DNA of 64,000 nucleotides from a bacterium (GTDB lineage: Bacteria > Patescibacteriota > Minisyncoccia > UBA6257 > 02-FULL-45-10c), in NCBI GenBank assembly GCA_030700025.1, contig JAUYKI010000017.1, positions 2,748 through 66,747 on the forward strand. The letters run 5' to 3'. The first letter of the stretch is position 1. Every line of letters starts with the position of its first letter. Below, piece by piece: positions 7,771 through 15,168 of the stretch. The translations under genes were made by a program, and so were the position numbers. The notes under the pieces were generated by a model. The model ran no database searches, was not told the origin of the DNA, and worked only from the letters and a program-made list of their open reading frames with translations.

Positions 7771-8440
7771 TGATGATGGGCAACAGTTGCTTTGCAGTGT
7801 TATGAGGTATTAGCCTCTAGCCATAAAGTGGCTGTCTGTTCTGCGTTGCTTCTGTTGCCGTTGACTCGGAATTTTGTCAGGGCGGGTGGACACCGGGTTA
7901 GCTCGCGCGGCTGAAAGAAAGTCAGCCTTCTATTCCCGGCGCCACCTTTGGCAGTGAGATGGTTGTAACACCCCACCGGCCAGCAGCCTGCCCCGACTTT
8001 ACGTCGGGGTCCCCTCCGGCTTGTGACCGGAGGATGATTCCAAATAGCAGTTGCCTTTCGCAGATTATGAGCCTATTGGGCTCTGACCAAAAAAGTGGTC
8101 TTCTTTCTGTTAGCTTCTGTTATTGGATGATTCCGCCCCGACGCTTTGTAAGCCGTCGGGGATACTGCTACTTGGTGAGCCGGTCCTAAGGTAGCGAATC
8201 TTTGGTTTCCTACCCACCAAGATGATGCTTCTTATTGTAGTTAAGGAACGAAAGTAGCGCGATGTGACTCTGCAACTGTCCAGTTTGTGTTGCATCGGAG
8301 CGGAATACCCGGGTGGACGGCCCCAAGGCTCCTACGGCTCTTTGCCTGATCTCGGGTTCTTCCCGACGTCAACCAAGCATTGTAAGAACCAAAGCCAGCA
8401 TCGCTAAGTAAGGATAGCACACCTCAAACCCTTTGTCAAT
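7771..8440. ncRNA. Candidate large structured noncoding RNA of unknown class.
   Basis: About 670 nt at roughly 55% GC have no ORF over 76 aa in any frame. Multiple stable hairpins are seen: ggcaacag...ctgttgcc, ggctgaaagaaagtcagcc, ccccgac...gtcgggg twice, and cctccggcttgtgaccggagg. A minus-strand terminator sits at 7741-7770 and a possible minus-strand promoter TTGACA-17-TATCCT near 8405-8439. Confidence 0.35.
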
Positions 8441-8603
8441 AGCGGGTTTGCAATCTCTAAATTCTAATCCCTAATCTCTAAATAAACTCGAAGCTCAAAT
8501 ATCCGGATTTTTAAATTTTATTTTTGAGATTGGACATTGGAAATTGTTTAGAAATTAGGGTTTAGGAATTAGAAATTTATCAAAACATGTTATTATTAAT
8601 TCC

Positions 8604-9473
8604 ATGAAACTTTTTGATTCTCACACCCACGTTCAATTCTCGGCTTACGATAATGACCGCGAAGAAGTTATTAAACGCGCTCGAGAAGCGGGCGTAAAAA
8701 TGATTTGCGTGGGTACGCAGTTTTCCACTTCCGAGGCGGGGATAAAATTGGCGGAAAAATATCCGGACGATATTTGGGCGTCGGTTGGTTTTCATCCGAA
8801 TCACGCGGTGAGCGAGGGCTGGCATCACGATCCGGACGAACAAAGCGAAGCTCGGCCGGAAAAGTTTGATTCGGACCAATTGGAAAAATTAGCCCTGAAT
8901 CCGAAAGTGGTGGCGATTGGGGAATGCGGATTGGACTACTATAGAATCAGGAATGATGAATTAGGAATTAAGAATAAGCAGAAAGAAGTTTTTTTGGCGC
9001 AAGCGGAGATTGCCCAAAAATTAAATAAAGCCCTTATGATTCATTGCCGTTCCTCGGTTTTGAAAAGCCCCGAAGGTAAATCAATAAAAACTGACGATGC
9101 TTATGAAGACCTATTTAACTTAATGACCAATAACCAATTACCAATAACCAAAGTAATTCACTTTTTTGCCGGGTCTTTAGAAATAGCAAAAAAATTATTA
9201 AATGCCGGCTGTTATTTTACTTTTGGCGGGGTCATAACGTTTACCCGGGATTATGACGAGGCAATTAAATATCTTCCTTTGGACAGAATCCTTTTGGAAA
9301 CCGACGCGCCCTATGTCGCGCCGGAGCCGTACCGGGGGAAGAGGAATGAGCCGGCTTATGTTGTGGAAGTAGCGAAAAAAATGGCGGAGTTCAAAGGCGT
9401 AAGTTTGGAGAAGGTGGCGGAAGCGACCACGCAAAATAACTTGACTATTTTTAGATTATCTGATATTGTATAG
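8604..9473 (+). CDS. tatD: TatD family metal-dependent hydrolase/DNase.
   Basis: The N-terminal MKLFDSHTHVQF His motif, TIM-barrel TatD signatures and a C-terminal DAPY motif are seen. Confidence 0.85.
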   Translation: MKLFDSHTHVQFSAYDNDREEVIKRAREAGVKMICVGTQFSTSEAGIKLAEKYPDDIWASVGFHPNHAVSEGWHHDPDEQSEARPEKFDSDQLEKLALNPKVVAIGECGLDYYRIRNDELGIKNKQKEVFLAQAEIAQKLNKALMIHCRSSVLKSPEGKSIKTDDAYEDLFNLMTNNQLPITKVIHFFAGSLEIAKKLLNAGCYFTFGGVITFTRDYDEAIKYLPLDRILLETDAPYVAPEPYRGKRNEPAYVVEVAKKMAEFKGVSLEKVAEATTQNNLTIFRLSDIV

Positions 9474-9551
9474 GCAGTTTCACTTTGATAAGCCCTCCGA
9501 CGGGTTCGACAAGCTCACCGCGGGCAATCTTGGGGTAAAGGAGGCGCTAAC

Positions 9552-9920
9552 GTGGGCAAATGGGTGTGGTGGCTCTGGATTTGGCCGGCATCAATTTTGC
9601 ACGCTTTGGATGTGACTACGACTTATGCCGGATTATCCACCGGTAAATTCCAGGAAACCAACCCTCTCATCAGCTCTTTAATTGAGAGATGGGGATTAGA
9701 AGTCGGATTGCTGGCAACGCTGGCAATTAAGATTTTGATCATAGTTGCCGGATGCGCTTTGTGCTGGTCGGCAGCGGAATTACGAAAGATTTTCAAAGAA
9801 TGGGGAGTGATTCTGGTTCCGTGGGCGTTGTCGGTTCTTCTGTACGCATCTTTGGGATTTCATTTGGCAGTCATGGTTTTCGTGGCAATGAATAATTTAA
9901 CAGTTTTGGCTCTGGGTTGA
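9552..9920 (+). CDS. Small integral membrane protein, hypothetical.
   Basis: 122 aa with a GTG start. A strong SD aaggagg lies 9 nt upstream. Four predicted TM helices. Confidence 0.5.
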   Translation: MGKWVWWLWIWPASILHALDVTTTYAGLSTGKFQETNPLISSLIERWGLEVGLLATLAIKILIIVAGCALCWSAAELRKIFKEWGVILVPWALSVLLYASLGFHLAVMVFVAMNNLTVLALG

Positions 9921-9984
9921 CCCCGGAGCATTTTTTTGTTATCATATCTCTGCAGTTTTTTGACAACCCACTTGGGAGGAAACA

Positions 9985-11694
9985 ATGAATTACAACCAGA
10001 CCGTGCCGGAGCTTTTTGCCCAGACAGTTCAGCGATATCCGAATAAAGACGCGATTCTTTTCCATGGCCGGTTTACTTACTCGGATTTGGATAAGATGTC
10101 AGATGAATTTGCCAAAGTGCTTTTGATGAACGGCATTTACAAGGGCGACCGGGTTTCGTTACTGTTGCCCAATAGCGTACATTTTGACGTGGCCTTTTTA
10201 GGCATTTTGAAAATCGGAGCGGTAGTGTCGGCGATGAATCCGTTGGTCAGCACTCCGGAAATTCTGGAGATGGCGAAACAAGCGAAGCCCACAATGATCA
10301 TTACCTTGGATATCGCGCCTTTTTACGCGCATAACCAGGCGATTTACAAGAGCTTGAAGCCCAACCAGATTATGATGGTTTGCGATTTGCGGGATTATTT
10401 CTCGCCGATTTTAAAGATTCTTTATACGCTGAAAACTTGGCGGGATAAACACTTCTTGGGAATCAGCTCCGAAGATGGCAGGCGGTCGGTATATTCGTGG
10501 GGCTATTGGAAGCGCGACAGTTTATCACAGAAATATTTGTTGCCTGACAATCCCACAATGGCAGCATTAACGAAAAAGAATTGTCCGACTCCGGACGATT
10601 TGGCTGTTTTGCAATCTACCGGCGGAACGACTGGAATTCCGAAGTTTGCTATGTTGAGCCATCGGAATATCATCAGTAACACTTTGCAGGCCTTGGCGCA
10701 TGTTAATGCCACGGGCCAGCTGGTTACCAAGGATTCTATTTTCTTGGGCGTTTTGCCGTTTTTCCATGTTTTCGGGCTTTCGGTTTGCCTGAACTTGGCT
10801 TTTGCGGTTGGCGCGACTGTGGTGATTATGCCGAAGTTTGACAGCGCGGAAGCGCTAAAGCTGATCAAGAAATACGGAGTGGATATTTTTCCGGCGATTA
10901 CCCGGATGTACGCGGCTTTGGTCGCGTTCGGATCTAAGGATTCGGAAAAATGCCGGACAATGTGCGCTAGCTTGAGGCTGTGCTTTTCCGGAGCCGGAGC
11001 TTTGGATCTGGCGGTAAAAGCCCAATGGGAAAAAATGACCGGAAAAGAAATCACCGAAGGCTACGGCTTGTCCGAAGCGTCGCCGATCGTTTCTTTTAAT
11101 CCGATTGGTGAAGGAAAAACCGGAAGCATGGGCACCTTGGTTCCGGATACGGAATTGAAATTAGTTCACCAGGATACCGGCGAACCGGTTGGCTGGGATG
11201 AATCTGGTGAATTGTGGATCCGTGGCCCGCAAGTGATGATGGGCTATTGGCAGAATGAAGAAGAAACGCGAATGGCGCTCCGCGAAGGCGGATGGCTGGC
11301 TACCGGCGATATCGTCCGATATCACGACGGATATTTATGGTTCGTGGACCGGAAAAAGGACATGGTGAAGATTAACGGAGAGAATGTTTATCCCAAGTCC
11401 ATTGAAGATGTAATCCGTACCTGTCCGATAGTGGCTGATGTGGCGGTGTTTGGCGTGCCAGATAAAGAAACCGGCGAACAGCTGGTAGCGTGCGTAGTTT
11501 TAAACGATAAAGCAGAGGGCGCGCTGAAATACACCGATTCGGCCTTGACTGACGCGATACACGGCCATTGCCGCAATAACCATCTGGCGGGAATCAAGAT
11601 TCCCAAGCGAGTGGTATCGGTTCCCGAAATTCCCAAAACGGTTGTAGGAAAAGTTCTGAAGAGAGTATTGAAAGAAAACCTTTTAAAAAACTAA
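9985..11694 (+). CDS. AMP-dependent synthetase/ligase (acyl-CoA synthetase family).
   Basis: The AMP-binding motif STGGTTGIPK, the downstream GYGLSE motif and a C-terminal conserved Lys region are seen. SD gggagg is present. Confidence 0.8.
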   Translation: MNYNQTVPELFAQTVQRYPNKDAILFHGRFTYSDLDKMSDEFAKVLLMNGIYKGDRVSLLLPNSVHFDVAFLGILKIGAVVSAMNPLVSTPEILEMAKQAKPTMIITLDIAPFYAHNQAIYKSLKPNQIMMVCDLRDYFSPILKILYTLKTWRDKHFLGISSEDGRRSVYSWGYWKRDSLSQKYLLPDNPTMAALTKKNCPTPDDLAVLQSTGGTTGIPKFAMLSHRNIISNTLQALAHVNATGQLVTKDSIFLGVLPFFHVFGLSVCLNLAFAVGATVVIMPKFDSAEALKLIKKYGVDIFPAITRMYAALVAFGSKDSEKCRTMCASLRLCFSGAGALDLAVKAQWEKMTGKEITEGYGLSEASPIVSFNPIGEGKTGSMGTLVPDTELKLVHQDTGEPVGWDESGELWIRGPQVMMGYWQNEEETRMALREGGWLATGDIVRYHDGYLWFVDRKKDMVKINGENVYPKSIEDVIRTCPIVADVAVFGVPDKETGEQLVACVVLNDKAEGALKYTDSALTDAIHGHCRNNHLAGIKIPKRVVSVPEIPKTVVGKVLKRVLKENLLKN

Positions 11695-11715
11695 AGACTA
11701 AAAATCAAAAAATTT

Positions 11716-11740
11716 AACCCCGATAAATGTCGGGGTTTTT
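11716..11740 (+). terminator. Rho-independent terminator after the acyl-CoA synthetase gene.
   Basis: The hairpin aaccccgataaatgtcggggtt is followed by ttttt. Confidence 0.65.
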
Positions 11741-11747
11741 AATTTAG

Positions 11748-11890
11748 AAAGAGTGTTTTATTCTCCCGCTACTGTTCAAACTCCCGGCGAGAGTTTTCAC
11801 TGGGTCTCGGGCTTCGCTCTTTCCGCCTTTGGCGGAAAACCCTGCCCGCTCAGCCCTCAGCCCGCGCTACGGAGAATAAAACACTCTTTC
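11748..11890. mobile_element. Family-2 MITE-like element, copy A (143 nt), with a perfect 18-bp TIR aagagtgttttattctcc / ggagaataaaacactctt.
   Basis: The interior ccgctac.gttcaaactccc...ttttcactgggtctcgggcttcgct...ccctgcccgctcagcc...cgcgctacgg matches the inverted copy at 36627-36806. Confidence 0.75.
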
Positions 11891-11904
11891 TAATTTTTAT
11901 GGAA

Positions 11905-11936
11905 ATAAAAAAACCACGGCTTAACGCACCGTGGTA
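11905..11936 (-). terminator. Minus-strand terminator for the small-peptide operon.
   Basis: On the minus strand, the hairpin ccacggtgcgttaagccgtgg is followed by tttttttatttcc. Confidence 0.6.
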
Positions 11937-11996
11937 TTGATTAGCGCCCTTGCTAATGCCCGCAAGAGTAAAGGGTTATGCCGAAACGGGCCCTGA

Positions 11997-12116
11997 TCAG
12001 GAATAGTGGCAGGTCAGGTTCAGGGCCATTACCAGAAGGATCATCGCGCCCGCCACGCCCACTATCACCCAGGCGACCTCCTGGCTCACCTTCTTCTCGT
12101 TCAGATACTTCATCAT
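11997..12116 (-). CDS. Small single-TM peptide, 39 aa (MMKYLNEKKVSQEVAWVIVGVAGAMILLVMALNLTCHYS).
   Basis: It is not in the ORF track because it falls under 60 aa. An SD ggaggctgcac lies before the ATG. GC content is about 58%, far above the surroundings. It sits between the upstream small membrane ORF and a terminator. Confidence 0.4.
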   Translation of the reverse strand: MMKYLNEKKVSQEVAWVIVGVAGAMILLVMALNLTCHYS

Positions 12117-12135
12117 GTGCAGCCTCCTTGTTAGT

Positions 12136-12333
12136 TTACTTTGGGCCCGAGATGGGGTTCTGTCGTTTCTTGAGCCCGCCTAACAAAAGACCAATCAGAA
12201 GGCCGATCAGGTATCCGATGTACAAACTGCAGCCTATGGTCACGAACGATGCGTGAGGGGTTCGCGGAGTCTCGAAGGCGTAGGGCAAAAACATGGCAAC
12301 TATCAACCCGATACCAAGCTGAATCATATACAC
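12136..12333 (-). CDS. Small two-TM membrane peptide, 65 aa.
   Basis: SD gggagg lies 9 nt before the ATG. A near-consensus promoter lies upstream. GC-rich codon usage is atypical for this window. Confidence 0.5.
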   Translation of the reverse strand: MYMIQLGIGLIVAMFLPYAFETPRTPHASFVTIGCSLYIGYLIGLLIGLLLGGLKKRQNPISGPK

Positions 12334-12368
12334 GATAGTCCTCCCAGCGTTTTCAAGTTTCTAAACAT

Positions 12369-12397
12369 ATCTTATCATATTATTCCAATCTTGTCAA
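12369..12397 (-). promoter_or_regulatory. Sigma-70-like promoter (TTGACA, 17-nt spacer, TAAGAT) driving the minus-strand small-peptide operon.
   Basis: On the minus strand, ttgacaagattggaataatatgataagat has the -35 at 12392-12397 and the -10 at 12369-12374. Confidence 0.55.
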
Positions 12398-12440
12398 TCG
12401 GGGATAGCAAATACCCCATTTTTAGCTTAAAATTTACCTA

Positions 12441-14966
12441 ATGAAGTACGACTTCAAAAAGATAGAAAAAAAGTGGCAGAAGACTTGGAGTAAGAATGAC
12501 TACGCCGTCTGGCACGCGGAGGAAAAGCCCAGGGCAAGGGAAATGTATGTTTTGGACATGTTTCCGTATCCTTCCGGCGAAGGTTTGCATGTGGGCCATG
12601 TGGAGGGCTACACTGCCTCGGATATTTTAAGCCGTTATTATCGGATGCGCGGTTTTAATGTTTTGCACCCAATGGGCTGGGACGCTTTCGGTTTGCCCGC
12701 GGAAAATTACGCGATTAAAAAGAAGGTCCATCCCGCGGAAGTAGTGAAGCAAAATGTTAAGCGGTTCAAAGAACAGCTGAACAAGCTGGGCTTCAGCTAT
12801 GACTGGCAAAGGGAAGTGAATACCACCGACCCGGAATATTATAAGTGGACTCAATGGATTTTCCTCCAGCTTTTTGAAAAGGGCTTGGCTTATGAAGCGG
12901 AAGTGCCGGTGAATTGGTGCCCGAAAGATAAAACGGTTTTAGCGAACGAGGAAGTGATTGACGGCTGTTGTGAACGCTGTAGCGAACAGGTGGAAAGGAA
13001 AAATCTCAAGCAATGGGTTTTAAAAATCACGGCTTACGCGGACCGGCTTTTAAAGGACTTGGAAGATTTGGACTGGCCGGACAAAGTGAAAGAAATGCAG
13101 AAAAATTGGATCGGCCGTTCCGAGGGCGCGGAAATTGATTTTCCAGTGGCTAATTCCACTTTAAAAATAAAAGTCTTCACCACCCGGCCGGACACGATTC
13201 CGGGAGTTACTTATTTAGTGCTGGCGCCGGAACATGCGCTGATTTCCCAGCTGGACGCGAGAATTACCAATCCGAACGCGGTTAAGGAATATCTGGAAAC
13301 CGCCAGGCATAAATCGGAACGGGAAAGAATCGCCGATATCAGGCAAAAAACCGGAGTGGAATTGCGGGGCATCAAGGCCGTGAATCCTTTAACCGGAAAA
13401 GAAATACCGGTTTGGACTTCGGATTACGTTTTATCCGGCTACGGCACCGGAGCGATTATGGCGGTTCCGGCGCATGACCAGCGGGATTTTGAATTTGCCA
13501 AGAATTTCGAATTGCCGATTGTCCAGGTCATTTCCCTTACCGGACGGGAAGAGGATTTAGCGTCGGCGTACGGAGGCGACGGCATTATGATTAACGCCGG
13601 CGAAGAATTAAACGGCTTGGGCAATCAGTTAGCGAAAGAAACAATTATTGAAAAATTGGAAGCTCATAAAAAGGTAAATTATAAGCTTCGGGACTGGGTA
13701 TTTTCCCGCCAGCGTTATTGGGGAGAACCTATACCGCTTATTTTTTGTGAACAGTGTAAAAAACAAGCGGTAAATTCCAAATTCCAAACTCCAAATTCCA
13801 AACATAATGAATTTAACGAAGGCGAGATTTTAAATCCGGGCTGGGTTCCGGTGCCGGAAGAAGATTTGCCGGTAGAACTGCCGAAAGTTAAAAACTATGA
13901 GCCGACCGGTTCGGCGGAGTCTCCGCTAGCAGGGATTGATAAGTGGGTGAATGTAAAATGTCCGCAATGCGGCGAGCCGGCGAAAAGAGAAACCAACACT
14001 ATGCCGCAATGGGCGGGCTCTTGCTGGTATTATCTCGCGTATATTTTAAGTGAAAAGTTAAAAGTTAAAAGTGACAAAGATTTTTGGGATAAAAAATCTT
14101 TGGATTATTGGCTGCCGGTGGATGTTTATATCGGCGGAGTAGAGCACGCCGTACTCCATCTTTTATATGCTCGTTTTTGGCATAAGTTTTTGCATGATAT
14201 TGAAGCTGTTTCTACGAAAGAGCCGTTTCAGCGGTTGGTGAATCAGGGCTTGATTTTGGGACCGGATAATCAAAAGATGTCCAAATCCCGCGGGAACGTG
14301 GTTAATCCGGATGAGCTGGTAGAAAAGTTCGGAGCGGATTCTTTGCGGTTATATGAAATGTTTATGGGGCCGTTGGAAGACGCTAAACCGTGGCAGCCGG
14401 ACGGAATTGTCGGCGTGCATCGGTTTCTTAATCGTGTATGGAATCTAGTAGGCGAAAAGCGAAAAACGAAAAGCGAAAAGACGGACGATAAATTAGAAAG
14501 ATTATTACACAAGACGATTAAAAAAGTTACTGAAGACGTAGAGGGGCTTAAATTTAATACCGCTATTTCCAGTTTAATGATTTTAGTGAATGAAATGGAG
14601 AAGGCGGAGTCAATAGTTAATAGTCAATTGTTATTAGTTACTAAGTTGCTGTTTCCTTTTGCTCCGCATATTGCCCAAGAGCTTTGGAGCCAGCTTGGCC
14701 CTTCGGCAAGTTCAGGACAAGCAAGCTTGCTGGATCATGAAGATTGGCCGAAATATGACGAGAAATTGATTACCGAAGAAGACTTTGAGCTTTTGATTCA
14801 GGTTAACGGAAAATTGCGCGATAAGGTTATGGTTTCAAAAAATACTACGCAAGAAGAAGCGGAGAAGTTGGTTTTGGGAATGGAAAAGATTAAAGAGTTT
14901 GTCGGCAAAGCTAAGCCTAAAAAAATAATTTTTGTGCCAGGCCGGTTAATTAATATTGTGGTTTAG
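12441..14966 (+). CDS. leuS: Leucyl-tRNA synthetase.
   Basis: The HVGHVEGY (HIGH) motif, a KMSKS motif, and the editing and anticodon domains are seen. Length is 841 aa. It carries four in-frame repeat inserts. Confidence 0.92.
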   Translation: MKYDFKKIEKKWQKTWSKNDYAVWHAEEKPRAREMYVLDMFPYPSGEGLHVGHVEGYTASDILSRYYRMRGFNVLHPMGWDAFGLPAENYAIKKKVHPAEVVKQNVKRFKEQLNKLGFSYDWQREVNTTDPEYYKWTQWIFLQLFEKGLAYEAEVPVNWCPKDKTVLANEEVIDGCCERCSEQVERKNLKQWVLKITAYADRLLKDLEDLDWPDKVKEMQKNWIGRSEGAEIDFPVANSTLKIKVFTTRPDTIPGVTYLVLAPEHALISQLDARITNPNAVKEYLETARHKSERERIADIRQKTGVELRGIKAVNPLTGKEIPVWTSDYVLSGYGTGAIMAVPAHDQRDFEFAKNFELPIVQVISLTGREEDLASAYGGDGIMINAGEELNGLGNQLAKETIIEKLEAHKKVNYKLRDWVFSRQRYWGEPIPLIFCEQCKKQAVNSKFQTPNSKHNEFNEGEILNPGWVPVPEEDLPVELPKVKNYEPTGSAESPLAGIDKWVNVKCPQCGEPAKRETNTMPQWAGSCWYYLAYILSEKLKVKSDKDFWDKKSLDYWLPVDVYIGGVEHAVLHLLYARFWHKFLHDIEAVSTKEPFQRLVNQGLILGPDNQKMSKSRGNVVNPDELVEKFGADSLRLYEMFMGPLEDAKPWQPDGIVGVHRFLNRVWNLVGEKRKTKSEKTDDKLERLLHKTIKKVTEDVEGLKFNTAISSLMILVNEMEKAESIVNSQLLLVTKLLFPFAPHIAQELWSQLGPSASSGQASLLDHEDWPKYDEKLITEEDFELLIQVNGKLRDKVMVSKNTTQEEAEKLVLGMEKIKEFVGKAKPKKIIFVPGRLINIVV
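13773..13803 (+). repeat. In-frame simple tandem repeat (aattccaaattccaaactccaaattccaaac) inside leuS.
   Basis: It is seen directly and encodes KFQTPNSKHN in a surface insertion. Confidence 0.7.
14047..14079 (+). repeat. In-frame repeat (agtgaaaagttaaaagttaaaagtgacaaag) in leuS, near-identical to the insert in glyQS at 2966-3000.
   Basis: It encodes SEKLKVKSDKD. GlyRS carries agtgaaaagttaaaagtgaaaagtgagg, which encodes SEKLKVKSE. Confidence 0.75.
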
Positions 14967-15027
14967 AAGAAAAATTATCTCGTCTTCGTTGCTTTAGTAT
15001 AAAATCATCAGTTATATATGTATATAT

Positions 15028-15168
15028 GCCCGGTATTACAACTTTGATCGTAAAAGTTTCAGCGAGTTATTTAAGAAAAACTATGAAATTACCTAATTTA
15101 TTAATTATAAAGTCGACAAAGCGCTTAATTTTAATTAAGCGCCAATCAAAGTTGTAATACCGGGTATG
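15028..15168 (+). promoter_or_regulatory. Long inverted repeat (21-bp arms gcccggtattacaactttgat / atcaaagttgtaataccgggt) enclosing the glmS 5' region. The right arm ends at the glmS ATG.
   Basis: The two arms sit about 95 nt apart. This is not the glmS ribozyme, because GCGCCAGAACUGGC and the GACGAGG core are absent. Confidence 0.5.

Noticed and set aside
7771-8440. Identity as tmRNA, RNase P RNA, SRP RNA, group I/II intron or a TPP/cobalamin riboswitch.
   Set aside because: I could find no tRNA-like acceptor/T-arm, no GGAAAGUCCGGGCUCC or AGGGUGAAA RNase P boxes, no intron GUGYG/domain V, no CUGAGA TPP box and no GCCACUG B12 box. The 17-nt match to 23S rRNA (ggtcctaaggtagcgaa) is isolated and lacks the flanking rRNA sequence, so it is treated as coincidence.
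10503-11054. Minus-strand ORFs inside the acyl-CoA synthetase, P-type ATPase, htrA and other large genes (for example 10503-11054, 21483-22022 and 23629-23964).
   Set aside because: They are antisense shadow ORFs within genes that have clear family motifs on the opposite strand. There are no start-site signals.
11978-12256. Plus-strand 92-aa ORF with a Pro/Arg/Ser-rich product.
   Set aside because: It is antisense to two well-supported minus-strand small genes that have an SD, a promoter and a terminator. The low-complexity product and absent SD indicate a shadow ORF.
15028-15166. Possible glmS ribozyme upstream of glmS.
   Set aside because: The conserved core (GCGCCAGAACUGGC, GACGAGG, P2.1 pseudoknot context) is absent. 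The region is instead a simple 21-bp inverted repeat that encloses the start codon.
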